DNA from: Lama guanicoe
Lineage: Eukaryota
Assembly: GCA_013239625.1 (NCBI GenBank)
Contig: MU053376.1
Coordinates: forward strand, 210,833-274,832
Length of the DNA: 64,000 nucleotides
Direction: 5' to 3'
Below, piece by piece: positions 59,582 through 64,000 of this stretch. The notes beneath the pieces are model-generated. The model had not been told where the DNA came from and searched no databases. It worked only from the letters and a program-made list of their open reading frames with translations. The position numbers were made by a program, and so were the translations under genes. Every line of letters begins with the position of its first letter. Position 1 is the first letter of the stretch.

Positions 59582-62500
59582 AGGGAGAAGGACAAGGTGA
59601 CTTCTGGAGGACCCAACATCTCGACTCTGTGTACGTGGCTGGCAAGAGGAGAGAGCAGACACCAGAGCCTTCCTGGCACCGACTGCATGAGCTAATGGTC
59701 CCTTTAAGAATATCTTCCCCTCTCTGTTCTCCAGTTGACTGGAGCAGATGCTCCTTGTTCCTATGGCAACAAGCCTACCACCCTTCCTAATGGGTAGCTT
59801 CCCCGTGAAGGACACACAGCACAGGCCGCTCCCCCACCTAGAGTGCTTCTTAGGGCTCACTGACGGCTGGCTCCTCACAGCACAGGACTCCATGGACTCC
59901 TGCGAGCCTGGACATTAAGAGTTCAAACCTTACCCGACCCAGAGATGATCCAGAAATGGCAGTTGCCATCTGACAACACTTAGAAGGCAGGGGGAGGGAG
60001 GTTATCTACGTCATTGCCCAGACAGCAGACCAATGTCCGTCCTTCCAATGAAGTGTTAAAAAGCACGTGGTGGATCTTCAGCAGATTGAATTAGCTCTTC
60101 CTTTGACCCTTTATTCCTCATCACTGATGAAGACCAGTGAGACCCCCTAATTGAATTCTCCTTATTTTAAGCTGCACACCACTCTCACCCTCATCTGGGG
60201 TTCAGGATCCTTCTCTCAAGACCCATCCCTCCTCAAGGCAGGCCTTCTTCAGCCAGGCGGTGGGTGGGAAAGCAGGAAGCACTGCGCATTCCACTGGTTC
60301 TGCACGGGGTTGTTTCCACAGCAGATGACGCTTCTCTCACTAAACCCAGCTTGACCCCATTTGTTCTTGGCGCTCATAGCCTCCACGAAGCCAGCTGGAT
60401 TCTTCTTGCAAGCCACAGAGTTGACTGAACGTTAGCTTCCTCTCTTCTGAGCCTTTACCTTACTGGGATCCCAGAAGTCCATGTACAAATACAAACAAGC
60501 CAATAAATGGTTCCTATCAGATGTGCAGGGAGCGCCTCCCTCATCAGGGAAGATGCCAAAACCAGAGCTCCCCACCCCCACCCTCAACTCCTGCTCTTCC
60601 TAAATTAAAGACACTTCTAAAGGTAAAGCTTGCGATACCTGGGAGGAAAAGGCCTGGCTCTGGAGGCGGGGCTGGACAGGCCAGGATCGGAATCACAGCT
60701 CAGCTCTGTGACTGGAATCTTAGTGGCCAAATGCTATTAGGCAAATCACTGATGCTGATCTCTAGCTTCCCCATCTGTAAAATGGGAGCGCTAATTCCAC
60801 CTCATAGGATTACACGAGGCAGTACAAAACTGCAGTGCCTTAAACGCATTCCCAAATCCAGAAAGATCCAAAAATTGCAAGTTTTTTTTCCCTAACTTGA
60901 CTGGTGGCAGAGCCCAACCTGACTTGAACCTAGTTAGCTGCAAAGCATGACCTGAACTGGCATGAGCCTCTTTATAGCCTTTATTTCTCCCACTTGTGTG
61001 ACTCTTTAGATAAATCTTGTGGCAGAAATATTAATATGTTTGATTTTGGAGCTGTTCCAGACCCTGCGGGAGGTTTTTATGTACTACGCAGTGTGTGCAT
61101 CATGTTACCATTCTGAAATCCACAGGCACCAGGCACTTCAGAGGATGAGCTATGGAGCCATCCGTGCTGCTCCTCCAGTCCCTGAAGGCAGCGGTTTCAG
61201 GAGCGCGACCAGAGTTATTTAGACTAAGGATGTTGACAGCCATTTCAGGCATTTGCCTCATCACCATCTGGATCTCTCCTGGGTCCCTGGGTACCTGCAG
61301 CCTGAAGCCAGTTCCATGAAACACAGGTTGGCATGGGGCAGGGGAGGGGATCCAAAGACCAGCCCATCAGCCCATAGGAATCTGCTGCTTTTCCACCTGA
61401 ACAGAGCTGGCAGAGGCAGTGTGTTGTTATTTGATTGGACTTCAGGTATAGACATGCCTGAATATCCCAAACATGCTTCCACCTCTGCACCTTACTGGGC
61501 TTCCAGCCCTCTCTCCACCCTACCAGCACCCACAGCTTCATCTCTGCTCCCTACAAGTATTCCCAGAGGAATAAACGATGGGGCCTTAGGGAATGCTAAG
61601 GGTGAGAGTAGCCAAAGTGTGTGGGGAAATGGGCTAGAGGAAGGGAGAGATGCTGAGTACGAGGGAGGCGATGAAGATGGACATTCCAGGTGAGAAAAAC
61701 ATATTTGACACACAGTGGAACAGGTTTGGCATGTTTCTCCTGATGCTGTTTCATGGCCCCAGGAGGCTTTAAAAATGGGAAACCAACCCTGGCCAATAGC
61801 TGTGAGCAATATTGAGCAATTGCTAGTCTCAGCCCCCTTGGCTCTCCCCCGCCATTCCAGGGACTCACTGATCACTGGGAGAGACGTGACCTGTCCCAAG
61901 GCACAAGTGGGCATCTCAGTTCTGACCCTGGATCTGCTGTCTCATCCTGCCACCTGGAGCTGCTTTCCAACAGACATGCAACTGCTGGACAGCAGACCTG
62001 CAGCTCGGAGAGCGGCAGGAGACTCTCCTCTTGGAGTGATACAGGTTGCCTGTCTGCCAAGTGGAGAGCTGAGGGATCTGAGTTAAAGAGGAGGGTCACA
62101 GTCAAATGTAGCCCCCTCATGTCACAGATGAGCAATCTGAGGCCCAGAGAGGGCCTGAACTGCCCAAGACCACGCAGCCCATTGAAGACAAAGGTGGCCC
62201 CGGAGTCCAAAAACTGCTTCCATCACGTCACCGTGACAAGGGTGGGGACATCCTTGAAGTCCCAGTCACATTCTTGTTAACCTTCACAGTCGGAAAAAGG
62301 CACACTGAATGATTCACATCCTCTGCCCTTTGGGCTTGAACATCTCAGAAGAGATCTTAATCTCCAAGAACTTGGCTATGCTCCTTGACTCTGAGTCCCA
62401 AACTACCCAAAGTCAGGACAAAATGCTCATTAAAGCCCCCTTGGGGAAAGCCATCATTGCTGGTGACCAGAGATGGGCCAAGAGCACCACTGTCTTGCCA

Positions 62501-64000
62501 CCATCATTCACCTGCCCCGAAGCTACGTGGAGCCATCAAGGAACTGCGGAGCGGTGGCCTGTGCACGAGCTCCTTAGGTGGCAGGGATCTTTAACCTGCA
62601 CTTCTTGGGTCCTTTTTCATTTTGTCTTTTCCCCTCTGCTGAGATCTGTGGTGTCTGCTGCTGATCACAAGTTCAGGCCTTTCCAGAGCACCGTTCTGAG
62701 GGGCCATGCTGCTCTACTGACCCACCACCACCCAGAACCTTCTACAGAGACAATTTCCTGCACCCAGGCTCGGTCTTCCTGCTCAGAGCTGAATGCTCCG
62801 TTTTCTTTAGCATTTGGTCCTACTTCTCTCTCTGCCCCAGGAAAGCTTGAGATGAGAACTTGCTACCCACTTCCCAGACTTAACATCCTCAGTCGGACCT
62901 CCACTGCTTTCCCAGGATAGGAGAGCTCTTGTTTCAGAATATAAAAATGGGGGAGAAAAATCAGAAAAGTCTCTCTTATGAAGAAGTCCTGTGCTTTCAG
63001 AAAAAAGTGGGTCCTAGAACAAATCTCTAAAAGAGCATCTAGCTCCAATTTCCAGGGTGATTTCAAACTGATCTTCTCCTAAACGCTTTCTCGCCGACAA
63101 GTCTGCACACATGTGCACACCCAACCACGTGTCCCCGTCTGGCAGCTGGGGCTGCCTGGGGATTCCCACATATTTGCTGCTATTCTAGGCCTCCAGAAGG
63201 TAGAAGAATCAGACACTCTGATGCCTCCAGGAGCCTCCAGATTTAGAAAAGTTCCAGCTGATATTCTTGAGTGCCCAAGAAGATCCACCATTTCAAAAAG
63301 TGATAGCAAGATTTTTTTTAAATACCCTTGACCATCTAGTTAAAAAGGTGTTTCCAAATGATTAACACTGGACACCAAGGCCTCAAGTTGTAAAATATAC
63401 CTCATGCTGCTCCCATCATCCAATCTAGAAATCCTCTTTTCCTAAAGCATCAGAGATGACTTCCATCATTTCCAAGAGATGACTGTAGGAATAGGACCCA
63501 GCAAGGCCTGATCCCAGAGCCCCTCAGAGAAGGGAGGGTCTTGGACTCTCTGACAAAGGGAAAGAGGAAGTTAGAACATATGCCTCTCCCAGAGACCTTG
63601 TCCTGGAGGTAGGAACCTCCCACAATATTAAAAGGAGGAAACCAAGACTTCAAGGGAGTTTCTCATGGTCCAAGGACCCACAGGGAACGAACAGTGGTGA
63701 TAAGATCAGAATCCAAGTTTTGGGAAACTTGCCCCAAAGAGCCCTTATCAGGGAGACAGGTTCTCATTTGTTTGAAGAAGATCTTGCCCAGAGGCAAGAT
63801 TCTTTGATTTCATGGACCGGTTAAATTTCAAAAAATGAAATTTAAGGAACCACTATAAGATTGCCAACTTTTTATTTTGCCAAATAAGGAATTTTTTAAA
63901 GCCCAACTACCATCTACTCTCACCATCAGCTCAGGAAAAGAATAAGCAAGCCATAACCTCAGAATAAATATTTGAGTACATCTCCTGCCCCCAAAAGAAA

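Noticed and set aside
1..64000. Most ORFs in the six-frame track (e.g. 1668-2459, 5277-5975, 7907-8587, 40458-41120, 48402-49178, 62309-62920)
   Set aside because: Pro/Gly/Ser/Cys-rich translations of GC-rich intron or repeat DNA, mostly with non-ATG starts and no recognisable domain; expected by chance.

Overview
Mammalian genomic DNA, most likely from a camelid, judging by two tRNA-derived SINEs of the Vic-1 type. The window is essentially one gene, PLEKHA6 (PEPP3; PH-domain, WW-PLEKHA family), on the minus strand. I hand-spliced 19 core coding exons from the ATG at 34041 down to 813. All have GT-AG junctions and matching phases (3034 nt). The last coding exon lies to the left of the window. 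I also found four frame-preserving cassette exons (87, 54, 81 and 150 nt), an alternative acceptor adding 20 aa inside the PH domain, and a NAGNAG acceptor. An upstream 81-nt exon encodes the C-terminal half of a WW domain, in frame with the ATG exon. A CpG-rich alternative first exon would start the protein with MLKFRADRRVS and carries a 40-aa uORF. The right half (about 38-64 kb) is a large 5' intron with candidate alternative promoters, two decayed L1s, SINEs, MIR/L2, MaLR LTRs, hAT DNA transposons and microsatellites. Most of the six-frame ORF track is GC-rich noise. I found no evidence of a wholly new biological system. The best leads are the alternative N-terminus/uORF architecture, splicing-regulatory signals, a 50-nt hairpin and several retrotransposon rearrangements. 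Repeat subfamily names and repeat boundaries are by eye and approximate.
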